A stretch of DNA of 63,468 bases, the filler included, from Sphacelaria rigidula (lineage: Eukaryota), in the NCBI GenBank assembly GCA_964200075.2. It is 11 parts of 11 records of this genome, joined end to end, with 100 filler letters (N's around TTAATTAATTAA, not from the genome) between each part and the next. Parts side by side here need not be neighbours in the genome. Positions count along the whole stretch, not along the records: positions 11,561 to 17,239 come from CAXNAA020025307.1; positions 17,340 to 23,018 come from CAXNAA020025308.1; positions 23,119 to 28,797 come from CAXNAA020025309.1; 8 more parts are not named here. One strand, 5' to 3'. Position 1 is the stretch's first letter. Each line of letters begins with the position of its first letter. The notes below the pieces were generated by a model that worked only from the letters and a program-made list of their open reading frames with translations, was not told the DNA's origin and did not search any database. The translations under genes and the position numbers were made by a program. Shown one piece after another: positions 12,459 through 25,950 of this stretch.

Positions 12459-15400
12459 AGAGAGCCAGCGGAGGGCGTGACGGCAGCGGCTGTCTCCCGA
12501 GTCAGACAGAAACAGGCTTGACGGCAACCGCTAGCGGAGGCATTTCGACAATCTGCACCGGTGCATGTGATAGCACCGGAGGTGGTGGGGGGGACGGTGC
12601 CGGCAGTGAGGATGATGACGAGAAAGATGACGACATGGATTTCCCCGATTCGGATGAGGAGGAGGATCCCGAGATAACTCTTCTGCGGGAAGAGGTGACC
12701 GGCAAAAAAATCATTTGAAGTGATTCTAACCCTGGAATTTTGGCGTCGGCGAAGTGGCCGTAATAACCACCAACTACCATGCAGCTGCAAGGCAGCTTGC
12801 ACGCAACGGTTATTTTGCATTTTGTGACACTGGAGAAACAAAACGCTCGGAAGAAAAACGGGGAATGACACCCCGACCGCCGTGCTTTTAAACATGTGAG
12901 ATCTGGAGCTGCCTCATCAACATTCGGCCTGTGTGTTGGAAGGCTGGCCGTGGGCGTTTTTGTGGCGAGTAATGATGTGAAGTGTGAAAGGGGACCCCGG
13001 GCACTCAAATCCGAGTATATTGTAGATATACGCCTACGACGACTCTCGTGTCATAGTCGCCAGGGGTCGCCGCCCTTCCTTTGCGCTTTGGGCACTCAAA
13101 TCCAAGCATATTGTAGATGCACACCTACGACGATTCTCGTGTCATGGTCGTCAGGGGTCGCCGCACTTCTTTTTCGCTTTGAGTGCGCTGATGCCACGGT
13201 ATAGGTTGGCTTCACGTTCAGTTCAGAGGATACGACTTCCCAAGGGGCTAAGTAAAGCACATGTTTTACTCTCCCCCGGAGTTATTTGCAGTTATGTTTG
13301 TCACACTTGGCCTCTCCTACCTCAGGACGAGTCGAATAATCTTGAATGACCGACCTACCTCCCCTTCGGTACTTGCTTTATAATCTATCACCCTCTATGG
13401 AGTCGACACTCTCACAGGGCGTTATCTGCCATCGAAATGTCGTTTGCTGTCAACGCACATTCTTACGTCTATGGACGACAAACACCAGAATCATCGAAAA
13501 GTTGTCCTCTGCTGAGCTTCCAACTCACGAACTCCGCCCCAAACCGGGGCACCGTCGCCATTGTTGAGTTCTGATAATTACTTGTCCTTGCCATGTATCG
13601 CGGCCAATAAATGAACGCGAATGCGGATGACACATTTGTCGATCGGTGTAATGTACACGAGGGTCATATGCATACTGTACGTCGTAACGTGACGAAAGAA
13701 GGAGCATGTCCACATACAAAGTTGTGAAAAAAAGGGGGGGGGGGGGGGCTCAACCTCCGTTCACAGCAAAAGCGGTTCGTTTAGAGCTTAGCTCTATTGG
13801 CATTGATTCTTTGCTCTATGCGACTTTTGATTTTGGTACGTAGATGATTATACAAAGATCTATTTCTAAAGTTCTCGATCGGAGAATTGTTTATCGCCCG
13901 ACGCGAGAAACCCCGTTGCAGAGCCCCGTCGATACAAGCGGGCTACCCGCTGCGTTGTGAGAGTACCACAGTGATGGGCCGCGCTAGTGTAAACGTCCCA
14001 CAGTACTACTGCTGAGATTTTGTCAATCTCCAGCCCAGTTTCGATTGTGTCGCTGCGTGTGGCAATCCAACCCGCCCTGATGTCATGAACCTGTTGGAAT
14101 ACGGTAGCGCTGCAAACGTCATCCTTTTTTGTGTTTCGAGCGTACCCCTGTCCTACTTTCCATTGCCACCTCGGTCAAGTGTGGCGTCCGCGCCAGTTGA
14201 CCTCCATAATGTTTTTCTGGGCGCCGTTATGCATTCAACCCTCGCCTTTGCGTCAAGTACTGTATGTCATTGTGTGCACTGATTCTTGCCTCTCTGACAT
14301 TATTCTGTTCGCACTTTAGAAGTATTGCCGATCACATCTCGGCTTCTTTTCAGCTACACCGTTGTACTCGGCACATATCGCCGGGCAGTTTACAACCACT
14401 TCAGTTTCATACGTTTGCCCCCCCCCCCCCGCGCCCCCCTCTTTTTCGGTTCCAGCACGCAGTCTCTGGGTATCTTCCCATCGTTCCCCCGGTACAAACC
14501 TTGCACTTAGGTATTGCGAATGGGATCAGTACTACCGTACCTCATCGACTGTCGTCATCTAGACTTTCTTTGCGACTCACGTGCTCACGTTTTCAAATAT
14601 ACCAAGTTGCTACCTTTCGGGAAAAAAAACTAAATGAATCTGCAAGCAATCGAACCCGCACTTACCCGGCCGAACATGTTTTAGCCATACAGTACCAGCT
14701 GAACCAACAGGGCGTGGGGGCAGGTTGCCGCTGTGTAGCCCTCGGCTCTGCTCAGGCGCCATCTTTGCGTGCCCCCCCTCCTCCGTCCTTCCCAGACAAG
14801 AAACGTTTCACAGCTTTGCGTTGTTGCTCTTCACTTCCGGTATGTCTCCGTGTGTTTGCCCTTGTATGATTATTTTCCCGCCATTTGGGCACGTCCGCGA
14901 CTAATAGTCTGCGGCTGCCTACAGTAGCGCCGGTGGAAACGCTAAGGGATATCTGGACATTCCAGCGTTGAGACTGGCGATGATCACTGTCCTTGGTAGA
15001 GCGATCAAGGAGGCCGAGGCGAAGTCGGTTCTCGTCGGGTTGCGAAAACGGACATTCCCGGGGCAACACAAGGTGCGACTCCGTTATGTATACTTTATAC
15101 TGTACCAAGACGGGAGTATTATGTCTGCGGGAATAATTCCGATGAAGGGTCCAGAATCGTCCGTTTATTCTTCCCGTGTATACGCCTATTGAGTCCTGAC
15201 TTGTGTCGACGCCACCTCTACACGATTCCCCGATCACAGGATCAAATCTAGAGAGCTTTTCCCGCCCGTCAAATAGTCGTTGTTTCTGTTGTTTAGTTTC
15301 CCTGTTGAGTCATTACGCTCGAAAACGCGAGCGTATTCTCGATCATGGAGATCATCCCGGCTCGTTCCATCATCAAGTATACAACAGTCCGCACGGGGGC

Positions 15401-17053
15401 ATTGCCGAATCTCGAGTAGCGGTTTCCTCACCTGCCTTCAGGCGTCTACGGCGGACCTGTATCGTATTCTCATGGCGGAAAAGGAGCAGCGAGCAATGGA
15501 AATCACAGAGCAAGACGACCACGGCCTCCCACGGGCTAGTGAAGAGATCGATCGTGATCGACCAAGTCGCACAAAAGACGACGGTGAGTCGACGTCGGAC
15601 CCTATTTGAGTGCATGAAATGTCGTGAATGTTGATGGGTGACACTCGTGCAGCATGGCACATACGCTACCTAGCGCAGCAATAGTGAAGTTGACCGGTCG
15701 ATCGTCATACGATTGGTAACTAACTGTCAACGGAGAGGGAAATACTGGTGTCTCGTGTCTGTGCTTTTTTTTGTGGTATGTTCCTTGAACTTTCCCAGCA
15801 AATCAAGATCACTTCTCGATGCTGAGACGACCAGAGCCCCACTTTTCAAATGTATATCAAGATACCATCGTTTTTGCGTGAACGTTTTTTCCCCATGTTC
15901 AACGCTCCCCCCCGAGAACGCACGTTTTTCACGCCTGTCCTTCCCTCGCTGTCATTGCGCGCACCCTGCAGCAGCTACCCAGGACCAAACACATGTTCCT
16001 CATGCTCCAACGACCTCAGCAGCAGACCAAACGATGCCAACTAAAAAACAACCGACATCTACTACACATCCGGAGGGCGACTTACCAGAACCCGTCCCAT
16101 TTTGGAACACCCCGCTGGGCCGCAGTATCGGTCATATTCCAAACACGACCGTTTCCCGGGCTGCGGGCGAGGGTGATATTCTCCATTGTCCAACAAACGA
16201 AGAGAATAGTTCTTTGACGAAGAATCACCCACGTGAGGGCGATTCTGCGGACGCCGTACATGGCGACCGCTGTGATGATACTACAGCAGAAACAGCCGAA
16301 GGTGATATTTACTCCCATGATAGAGCGGATGCTGCTCTCACCGGCGATGCGGATGGGGGCGACGCCTGTGGGTCTCGTGATGGCCGGCATCAAGATGAAA
16401 ATGAACAAAAAGATAGCGACGAAGAGTCGTCGCTGCTTAACGCAGGGCCTACAAGAACGGCTAACAGTACCGTCGCTGACAGCGACGTTGCCGAAAGAAG
16501 CAAGGCTTCTGCTGAAGGCAATGCGGACATGGCAATCACGGAGCCTTCTAGTGGACGTGACACGGCGACAAAAGAAACATTCGACGGTCCTCATCAGACT
16601 GCTGAAATAAAGGGTGCTATCACCGAGGAACGTAAAGCCGCGCGGGGAAGCAACACGACGGAGCCGTTCGATGCTGCGGAAGGTCCTGTTCCACGTGACA
16701 TGGGAAACACACTCGACGGTGATCTACAACAGCCTCCCGAATGTTGGCTGAACCCCACCGACCAACGCCGCGCCAGCGAGAAACACGCCGAAGAACCTTC
16801 TTCACCACAAAAACCAACCAAAATCTGCGATACCACTGGTCAAACGTCGCCCCTATCGGACGGGGTGTGTGAGAGAAAAATGGTGGAGCCGCACGTTGCT
16901 GCGGGCACACCGGCGCAGGGAACGGGGGCGAAAGCGGTGCGGAGATTGGCGGAGGGGTCATCAATGCGAGAATCCTCCGGGTGGACAAATAGCGGCAGAG
17001 ACTTCGGTGAAGGGATCACTCGACAAACTCCGGGTGGGATAAAGTCGTTTTGA
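12459..17053 (+). CDS. Partial multi-exon gene with an EF-hand-like segment and a long acidic disordered exon
   Basis: Candidate exons: about 12459-12694 (acidic, EDDDEKDDDMDFPDSDEEED), about 14908-15072 (NAKGYLDIPALRLAMITVLGR..EAEAKSVL), 15442-15583 (phase 0 to 1) and 15972 to about 17053 (in frame with the 446-aa ORF). The last three are phase-compatible at canonical AG/GT sites. Confidence 0.6.
14641..14718 (-). mobile_element. tRNA-like pol III head (SINE fragment or pseudo-tRNA)
   Basis: The minus strand has A box TGGTTCAGCTGG and B box GGGTTCGATTGC at tRNA-like spacing. The cloverleaf is poor. Confidence 0.45.
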
Positions 17054-17399
17054 GTTCTTGTACAAACAATAGTCAGAAACAGTTCTCTAGGCTAGTTACG
17101 CACCGTAATCGGACGACGTCCTCTGGTAAGGTTGTACGTTTGAAACCATGTAGAGGCGGTTGAAGGGGGGGGGCGTACTCATTTGTTGCTTGCCTTAGTC
17201 ATTTGACCATTGACCACGCATCCCTTTCGAGACGGAGCANNNNNNNNNNNNNNNNNNNNNNNNNNNNNNNNNNNNNNNNNNNNTTAATTAATTAANNNNN
17301 NNNNNNNNNNNNNNNNNNNNNNNNNNNNNNNNNNNNNNNTAACGGCATTAATGATCATCTCCTCCGTGCACTTTTTTGGCCGGTTCGGGGGGGGGCTAT

Positions 17400-18570
17400 C
17401 TCGGCAGCAGTCTTCCACAGCATCGTCGCTGCGGTCGGCACATCTGGCGGGGTGCCGTAGGAATGGAAAGACGGCACCATCAAGTTACTACACAAGAAGG
17501 ATGGGATCGCGTGTGGTAACTACAGAGACATTTCACTCGTGGCACATGCTGCTGAAATTCTCCTCAGAATCGTAGCGAACAGGCTCGGTGATTTCCGTAA
17601 ATGGAACGGATACCTTCCCGGAAGAACAGTCAACTTCTAAGCGGCAACGATCGACTACGATGTTCGGATCACGCCGACTACCGGAATTGAGAGGAGCGAG
17701 AAATATATCACTAGACATGTGCTTTATCGATCTGCAGAAAGCCCAAGATTCTGTAGACCGCACGCTCTTGTGGGAAGTGCTTGCTCGGTTTGGAGTCCCG
17801 CAGCGAATGATCACGATCATCCGTCTGTCTCACACGGCATGCGAGCACGAGTAAAGCTAGATGGTGGAGAAATATCAGCGTGGTTCCACGTCTGCCAGGG
17901 ACTCAGACAAGTTCGCGTTTCTTCCCCGCTGTTGTTCAATACCTCCGGCGCAGCCTCGATCGACGTGGTCGTACAGCGGTTCGCAGTGAACCCAGTCATC
18001 GTCTCGGACTTAGTTTTCCCAGCTGATGTGCCAAAAGGTAACGGTGGTTAACTCATGAAAGAGACACGGTTGGAGAAGGTACGGCACGCAGTGTAGAAAA
18101 CGCTTCATGCAAACGACGCCGGCATCGCCTCGAGGATCCCCGAGGGCCTTGCACAAATGACAGCCGTAGTACGGTCTCGGAGAGCAACACAGAGTCCATG
18201 CGCCTGTGGTCGTGCTCAGTTCCACAGAGGCCATCCTGTACATCAAGGCGGCCGATCGACGGTGTGAACAGACGGTCAAGTCGTCTACCTTGGTGATGTT
18301 GTCAGTACGGATGTGAAAATGTCCATCGACGTCAACCACCGCACCGGCATCGCGTGGGCACGTCTCCGAATATATATTTCCTATCTCTGCGATCGACCCA
18401 ACGTCCAGCTATTTTCGAAAGTCCGGCTGCTTAGCGGAGGTGGTGGAAGCTAGCTCTGTTGTACGGATGAACCACATGGGCGTTACGATCTGAAGACTTC
18501 GACAGTCTGCGCATTGCTCATCATAAGCGTCTACTGCGGGTGGTTGGATTCCACAGGAAAGATCGAAATG
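17400..18570 (+). mobile_element. Degenerate RTE-like LINE reverse transcriptase remnant
   Basis: Pieces CGNYRDISLVAHAAEILLRIVANRL, CFIDLQKAQDSVDRTLLWEVLARFGVP and GMRARVKLDGGEISAWFHVCQGLRQ..SPLLFN, with many frameshifts and stops. Confidence 0.9.
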
Positions 18571-20199
18571 GCTGCAAGACTCTGTGTTCTTTCCTGCCGG
18601 TGTACTGGGACTGACGTACATCGTGTCAGCACGCGACCAGCGGATGTATTATATATCTACCAGTGTTGATGAAATTATCGATGTCTTATGTGCAAATAGT
18701 TCGCCTGGGGATGCAACCAGGCATCGTTGGTTTTGCAGTACAACGATCGGAGGAATATTTTGGACACAAAGTAAAGAGCCGATCGCGCCACCCTCAGCCG
18801 CAAGTCCGTCTCTTGTTTGTTCCCCTCTTCATATGTTACCCATCAACGGGCTGTCGAGATAAACGTTTCGGACACGGAGCCCCCCCATCCCCCTCCCGGA
18901 GGGCAACTTTCCGAAAATTGTCATGATTGGTGTGATTTTTTTGTGCATTTCGTTTTTAATGTTTTGGTGAAATTGTTGAAAGAAATTGATCAGCAAACAC
19001 TGACAAAAACCGAAAAGTCTGGCGGGCTTTGCGAGGTTCGTATACTTGGTTCTTCTCCTTGCCCGCCCTGTCCCGATGACCTCGGATGCCAGCAACGCTC
19101 ACACACATCTATGTACACTACAGGAGCGCACGGTAGCGACAGCCTGTAGCCCAAGGAGCAACATTATAACACCCCTCGCCAAGGTTGCCCGGACTACTAG
19201 TGGTAGGCAGTCGAGGCCCACGGCACGCAACATGATCCCATAAATGTAATCATGGTAGGTGATAAGCTTGGAGGAGCGGCGCGTCCGTCATCTCAGCGGT
19301 CTCCATGCCAAGGATCTCTGTACACACCAGCTGGCCGCACCCGCCAACGCCTCGGCAATAAACTAGTGGACAGCAGGCTGGGTGTCCCCCCCTCAAAACT
19401 CGAATTTTCGATCTTGGGGCCTACGTGTCCCGAAATATATTTTTGATATACCCTTGTACCCATGCAAAATATAATAATAGCTGTAGAGACATGCATGTAT
19501 GAGGCTACTCGAGGTCAAATATCGGATGTTTTCATCCGCATGTTCTCCTTCGCGAAACGAGCCGAAAGTGCGATAGTCCTTGTACTGCCCAGATCTGCTG
19601 CAGTATCTCGTCGAGTAGGATGGTGTTCGCTACGCATAGCGCAAGCGAAGCGCGTAACTTTACGCCGCTGCGATCGCAGGGTGCGGCTGGACTAGTTCAC
19701 GTATTATCGGTAGGTCCCGGACACTGAAGTTGATTCATCTACGTTTATCCTGGTCACACGCATAACCCCCCTGATATGATGCATCAGTAATAGACGCTAC
19801 CGAATCGTCGGGAGAAAAACTCGTCACTCCGAGCAAAAACCCTGCCCCCCAAACCAACGACACTTTGCAAACGACCTCTCGACAAAAACACCGCTTGTGC
19901 TCAAAGAACATAGTCGAGGATACCCCTCCAGTACCAGCGGATGCATGATCACACAAAGGACACATCTCGGAAATTTTCATTCATGTGATGTTACGGTAAA
20001 GCTGAGCCATTGCGTACGACGGCAAAGGCGAGACGCATGCCATGTCGGGGAATGCCCTACCGAGCATATATCCGGCCTCTAAATATCGTAGGTGGCTTAA
20101 ACCCGACAGACGAGTACTTCACTTAAACATGATCACAAACATCGAGTGCTGAAACAACACACAGACACACATACACCCAGACCCAAACAAAATGATGTT

Positions 20200-20640
20200 T
20201 CTCCCCCCAGGCTCATCGGCGCATTGCCGTGTCAGTTAAAAAGTGCTACCGGTAAGGCCTTGGTCAGAAGACCAGCATGTTGCTATGCTGACAATACGTA
20301 GACTTCCCCAATCTTCTTCCTCCGACTAGCTCATGCATGAAGTTCCATTCACGCCCCCGCGTGCCTGCTGGGGTCAGAGCTGAGAGGGTTTTTGGCCGGA
20401 GCTTGGTCGCCTCCTAAAGGTGGTGCGAAAAGTCATTCCTGAAAGACTTCGTGGCCGTTCTCTCGAAGCTATCGTACCTCTCTACTGCGTCCGCACACAG
20501 CGGTCACGCCCAAGAACTGCCGACTGACTCTCGAATCGTCTGTCGAATCAGGGGATATGCCAACACCCGCGGCTTGTATGTCGCTTTCGTACTCATCAAT
20601 ACTGACCCTGCTCTCACTACCTCCAGCCCATGGCGCCGAC
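20200..20640 (-). mobile_element. Highly degenerate Ty1/Copia RNase H end
   Basis: Minus-strand fragments NPLSS..SRH...WNFMHELV and QHAGLLTKALPVALF match the Copia consensus NP..S.RSKHIDVR.HF.RELV...Q.ADILTKAL. A purine-rich tract GGGGGGAGAAA follows. Confidence 0.6.
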
Positions 20641-21971
20641 GCTAAGCGCTTCCTACAGACAGTCACCCCTTCACAGACACCATGCACCCCTGCAGACCAT
20701 CACGCACACGACAGTTGTCGCGTAAACCATACTCGCTCGCGTGAATATCGGCTTTTTTTGGCTCTATTTCGTGCCGAGTTGGCGACGCGATTGAAAAGCA
20801 GGCACGAAATCCACGGCAAATGGTCCGGAGTCGAAGGAACAGGCCTCCGAACAATTTCCCATAAAAACAGCGGGAGAGAACCGGATCATCCACGACTGCG
20901 ACTATCTCGGGAGTACGGTTCTTGTTGTGAAGTCATGGGTTCAACGATAGATAGATGTGCAAGGGCGCGGGGTCTCTCGCACTTCCCTGCGAGATGTCAT
21001 CCAGATTGCAACGGCATATTCATGAATGCCGTAAAGTGATCGTTGATGAATATTGCCGAATAGCAACTGGCGACAGTAATCGCCGATAAACTATCTACAA
21101 ATCACGAAACGACGTAGGAACAACCGGGAAGATGTGAAAGGAATTCGAGACAACCATCGATAACCACCAGCATCATTCAGATACCACATTTCAATCACAC
21201 GTTAGTTGATGATGTATGTACATACATTGCCACGCCCCGGTGACCTAATGGACCGACTGCCACCAATATATGGGTTTGATTCCCGATCCGCTGGGACTTT
21301 CAACACTACATTTACATGTATAGGAGTTAAGATTTTGGTGAAGTGTCATCCCTGCAGACAGGTGCATCTTTGCTGTATTCTTCACTTGGTTTTAGAGTAC
21401 ATATCTTTCGGGGCTAGTTCGTTCTATGAACCTCTGAGAAGCGAGCATTTCTTCTTTACTTGATTTTAGAGTACATTTTTTTGCTGATAATACGTATCAG
21501 TCTCTTCGCTTGCATTTCGCTGGGCATTAGGGTGCGTTCCGCTTCTAGGTTTGGAGTGCATACACTTTTCGCGCTGTGTTCTCCATCGTATTTTGTCGTT
21601 TGATGCATTTCCTCGTTGGACGGTGGACTCTTTCACCGTCGGAAATGCCACCTCTCACCGTACACAGGCTACACATTCATTCGTGGAACCGGAATCGTCT
21701 TGACTTGAAAATTGAATCGTAATCATGCTCAGTTGGATCGGCTGTGCGGAACGGCTCTCGGTACAATCTCGGGGCAGACCGGGGGTATGTTGTGATACTG
21801 CCCGCATGTCGCATCGTCTCGACTGTACTCCTCTTTTACTGCCTCTGGACTGCTGTTGTAGCTGCTGCTGCTGCTGCTGCTTTACCGTCCATGCGATCAG
21901 TACATGCGATTATTTCATCATGAGGCGCTAAAAGCAACGGCTTCTGTTTCATATTTGATTCAGCAGCTGGT

Positions 21972-22134
21972 TGCACCGGTGGCTCAGTTGGTAACCTCGA
22001 AACTCTCTGACGCTTGGGGCGTGGGTTCGAATGCAATCACGCGATCTGGAATTTTATGTCACACCATGCCCAACAGTGGACCATGCCCAACAGTGGAGAG
22101 CGACTATGTCGTGGGGGTAGAAAAAAATCGACAA
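21972..22134 (+). mobile_element. tRNA-derived SINE, 5' part (family also at 34677-34845 and 49680-50099)
   Basis: A box TGGCTCAGTTGG, B box GGGTTCGAATGC, then the family core CACACCATGCCCAACAGTGGAGAGCGACTATGTCGTGG with a local 17-nt duplication. Confidence 0.85.
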
Positions 22135-23943
22135 CCTGTGTGTTTTTGGTTTGCGAGGGCAATGAGATCCCCGCGTTCAATCACGCTTTGTTCTCGGTAT
22201 TCGGGGGCAATAAGTTCCTCGCGTTTACTTTAGATTTTGTTGGGTCGTTTGTCATGTGTCAAGCCTTTGCATGAGCCTCTGTCATCGGGACACCTATGTC
22301 CCTCTTCTGACTAGAAACGAGGACAAGCTTTTCATTTTTGGAACTGGCATCATTTACACTCAAATTAAGTATCGGCATCATGATCAATTGAGAAAGGTAT
22401 GAAACAGCAGCGTGCCGTCTTTCTCCACTGAACGTTAGGGGCGGGGTTGGCGCGCCTCCAGCACGTTGTGATCTTGCATGCATATCGGATTGTCTCGACT
22501 TCACTTTTTTCTTTTCCGTCTCTGGACTGCTGCTGCTACGCCATAGTACATTCAAACTATTTTGAATGAGACACTGATAATAACGGTATCTATATTTGTA
22601 TTCGAATAGTCCCCTCCGGGTTCATCGGATTCAGGTAGGAACCAACCCCCCTTTGTCGAATTCGAATCTACATAAGCTCAACGGGTGCTGACTCCTTTTC
22701 TTTGTGGTGGACGCGCGCCTCGCCCAAATCATTGTTCCTCATGGAATTCCGAAAAGGTTTGCACCAGGCCTCGAACAACGTGCTCAGCTCATGAGCTAGC
22801 TGCCACTACGGCTTTGCCAAACTGTACCGTGTACCATTAAGCAACGCACACGAGTATCAGCGCCGGTGCCCAGGTATCTTGGTTGTTGATCCATTGAACG
22901 TGGCGGCGATAGCCGCCGAAACTCTTTTTTTTTCCTCGCACTTCGAAGCCCTCTCCTTCCTCGGGATGAGTCCGTGGTCTCAAGGGATCAACCCATCCCT
23001 CCCCTGGTACGCCCCTTTNNNNNNNNNNNNNNNNNNNNNNNNNNNNNNNNNNNNNNNNNNNNTTAATTAATTAANNNNNNNNNNNNNNNNNNNNNNNNNN
23101 NNNNNNNNNNNNNNNNNNAACTGAGCTGTAGATGAAGCTCGGATACAATCAACTGCTGGATAAAAGTGTGCTATTCTGGTCTGTATTATTTACTCGTTGT
23201 CTCCTTTGTGAAACAACTGGGATCAGCCTGCGTTGCTGAACTGAGTGACCAAACAACGTACGCAGAGGTCTGAACCTGGAACAATCTCGGAGTGAACACC
23301 ATCATAATAACCCCCACAAGGTGCTTTCACCCCTCATCACTTCACAATGTCCACACCAAAAATCGTCGTCATCCGCTCAATACATCGATCGGGGGTTTCA
23401 CAAAGATTTTAGTATGGACGCTATCTCCCTCAGGTATAGGAATTACTAGACATGGGGGTTTAATCAACGAGAAAATGTGGGTCCAAAGTTTTGAGCAGAT
23501 GGGCACCTTCCCCTTGGTTAGGCGATTAATATAATAAAGTGTTTGAAAAGCTCATTATGATGTGCCCGAAACGCGCATAAAATTGGGATATTCTTTCATG
23601 CGCCTCCTGCAGCCATTGTATCAGTTGCCTGAATGCCTGAAAGTGCCCCCTATGGCCTGTGGTGTGACTCGTCACTCGTCACTCGTCACTCGTCACTCGT
23701 CACTAGACAGGCTTCAACACCCAATGCTCCAAACTGTCCTGGTTGCGGGTCTGATCCGAAAAATATTTCCATCTGTATTTCATATATTTGATACTACGTT
23801 TAATTGAAAAGTGTAATCAAGATTTTGTCAAATGGTTGTCATGGGGCCCATTCTACGTTGTCAGTATAAAGAAAAGGCTTAAAATGGGGCATAAAACAAG
23901 GGGGAAAACCCTGTATATATATGAAGAAAAAAACAGAGCTTAA

Positions 23944-24041
23944 CCCTTGGACCGCGAGATTCGTCTTTCTGGATCATGCATACTTGTTTTCGCTTGAAAT
24001 TGATGCCGATTCAACAGAAGACTAATCTCGCGGTCTAAGGG
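23944..24041. mobile_element. piggyBac-type MITE (98 bp) with TTAA TSD
   Basis: TTAA|CCCTTGGACCGCGAGATT ... AATCTCGCGGTCTAAGGG|TTAA. TIR match is 17/18, with CCC termini and TTAA on both sides. Confidence 0.9.
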
Positions 24042-25227
24042 TTAATATGAGTAAAAAACGGGCTTACGGAGCCAAAGCCTACCTCTGATTGATTGTTGAG
24101 AGAACATGCGGCGTAATTTCGTTTCAGTCCAACGGCAGATGGGGTTGGATATTTGTTCTTTGTTTTTTCACCAAACCAACAGACACAAGTACATGTCATG
24201 GGAAGCCCTGACCACAGCTTTCGAGTACAGTAAGCATACATGCAGCTCCTGACGTGGATAGTTCGCAAGGAATGTCGGGGAAGGTGAAGGGTGCATACGT
24301 GTGCAGGGTGCTCGGGATCGTAGTAGACGTGCGGCGCAATTGACCTCGGGACCTACATTCGAAGTATGTTCTTGATGTTTGTTCACCACCCTATGTGCGA
24401 TGGACAGCCCGTCTTTCAAGCAATCCAGGCAGCCCCTACACGGATCTCGAGCAAATGGATGGTCCGACATATACGCGTAGGATACTGTTGTGACATGTTG
24501 AGAGGCGGGTTTGCCAGACTTCGTCCTCGTATTATCATGAGTGAAGCATTTTGAATTTAGTTCTGACACTGGTCCCAACGCAGGGCATACTGAGAACCCC
24601 ACAGAGGAAGAAATACACGCATACGGTGTCCTGTGTAAAAGTGTGCGATGCCAGAGCTCAAATCGGCGCCGATTTGAGCAAAAATGCGTGCTGCGCTCGA
24701 TGGGAACACTCGGGACTGTCGGTCCTTCTTGGGAGATCCGAATTTGATGGTCCTGGACGGAAATCAAATATGCTTCAACCATGGTGATTTGACGACGACG
24801 TCGCGTAAGCTCTCCGGACTGCATTTTAAGGTTTCGCAGCAACACTAATGTGCGACATAGAGTAAAACCAGCCAAACACTTACCGTTCGTGGAATATCCG
24901 GATATGAGAGACTTCCGGGCGTTCGCCGCCCGAGAGAAGCTAGGGCTCATTCCTTTCGAACGGTGAGAATCAGGGCTTTTGAGCTCACGTTTGTTTGCCT
25001 GTTCGTTGACCCGAATGGACTAAATTTCTGAGAGCTCTTGAGCACGTGCCAAGATCTGCTAGCTATCGAAGCACAGTACAGGCACGTAATCCGCCATGCT
25101 GTTTCTTGTATGATTTCAAACGGCAACTATCTGAAGAATCGTGTCATGTTTGTTTTCTTGAAAATGAGGTGGACTGCTATTTTGTCCGTCCTCTGCTGGC
25201 GACGAGGCCGGTGGGGATGGAGAAGAG

Positions 25228-25950
25228 GTGGAGGAGAAAGGAACGCCCGTTCCCGTAGACTTCAGGCCACCTGGGAGCGAGAACGACGTTTTGTGTGAGT
25301 GGAGGCTTGGGTACCTGCGGGACGAAAAGAACACCAGCATATTTGCGCAAGGAACGTTTGGAAAAGTACTGGGGGTGAAGACAGAAAGCGGGAGACAGGT
25401 GGCCGTCAAGATCATGGAGAAATCGAAGATCTCCCCTGAGGAGAATATTGCTAGAGAGCTCAAGCTTCTGCAGGAGTGCTCAGTGCATCCACACGTCGTG
25501 GACCTCCTTGGGTATGTCAACACTACTAAGAGTGTGTACATGCTGATGCCGCTGGCGGACTCCGACGTGGCCGCTATGATCAAGAGCTCGACACGACTAA
25601 ACGAGGAGAGGACGAGCTACATGACCGGCCAGGTGGTGTCCGCCGTGGAGTCTCTGCACGAGAGGAGCATTGTGCATAGGGACATGAGACCCTCTATCTT
25701 CTTGTACTCTCCAACAAGCTGATTCTGACCGACTTTGGTTTGGCCACAAAAGTGGAACGTGGACAGCAGATAATGACGGGCGCTTGTGGCCCAATGCCCT
25801 ACCTAGCCCCTGAGCTGGTCCGCGACCTTCACCACGACAAAACGGTGGATATGTGGGCGGTAGGGGTTGTAGCGTACGAGATTCTTCACGGGTATACACC
25901 ACTTCAGCCATTCATGCAACGAGCGCGATCGTGGGACGGTCTGATGCCGG
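25228..25950 (+). pseudogene. Intronless Ser/Thr protein kinase (CAMK/AGC-like) with a frameshift near 25710
   Basis: Frame 1 gives QGTFGKV, VAVKIM, RELKLL..HPHVVDL and IVHRDMRP, then a stop at 25720-25722. The shifted frame continues KLILTDFGLA, ACGPMPYLAPE and VDMWAVGVVAYEILHGYTP. Confidence 0.88.

Noticed and set aside
24168..24950. 260-aa minus-strand ORF upstream of the kinase
   Set aside because: No recognisable domain and a non-ATG start. It may be the shadow of decayed plus-strand sequence, but I cannot support a product.
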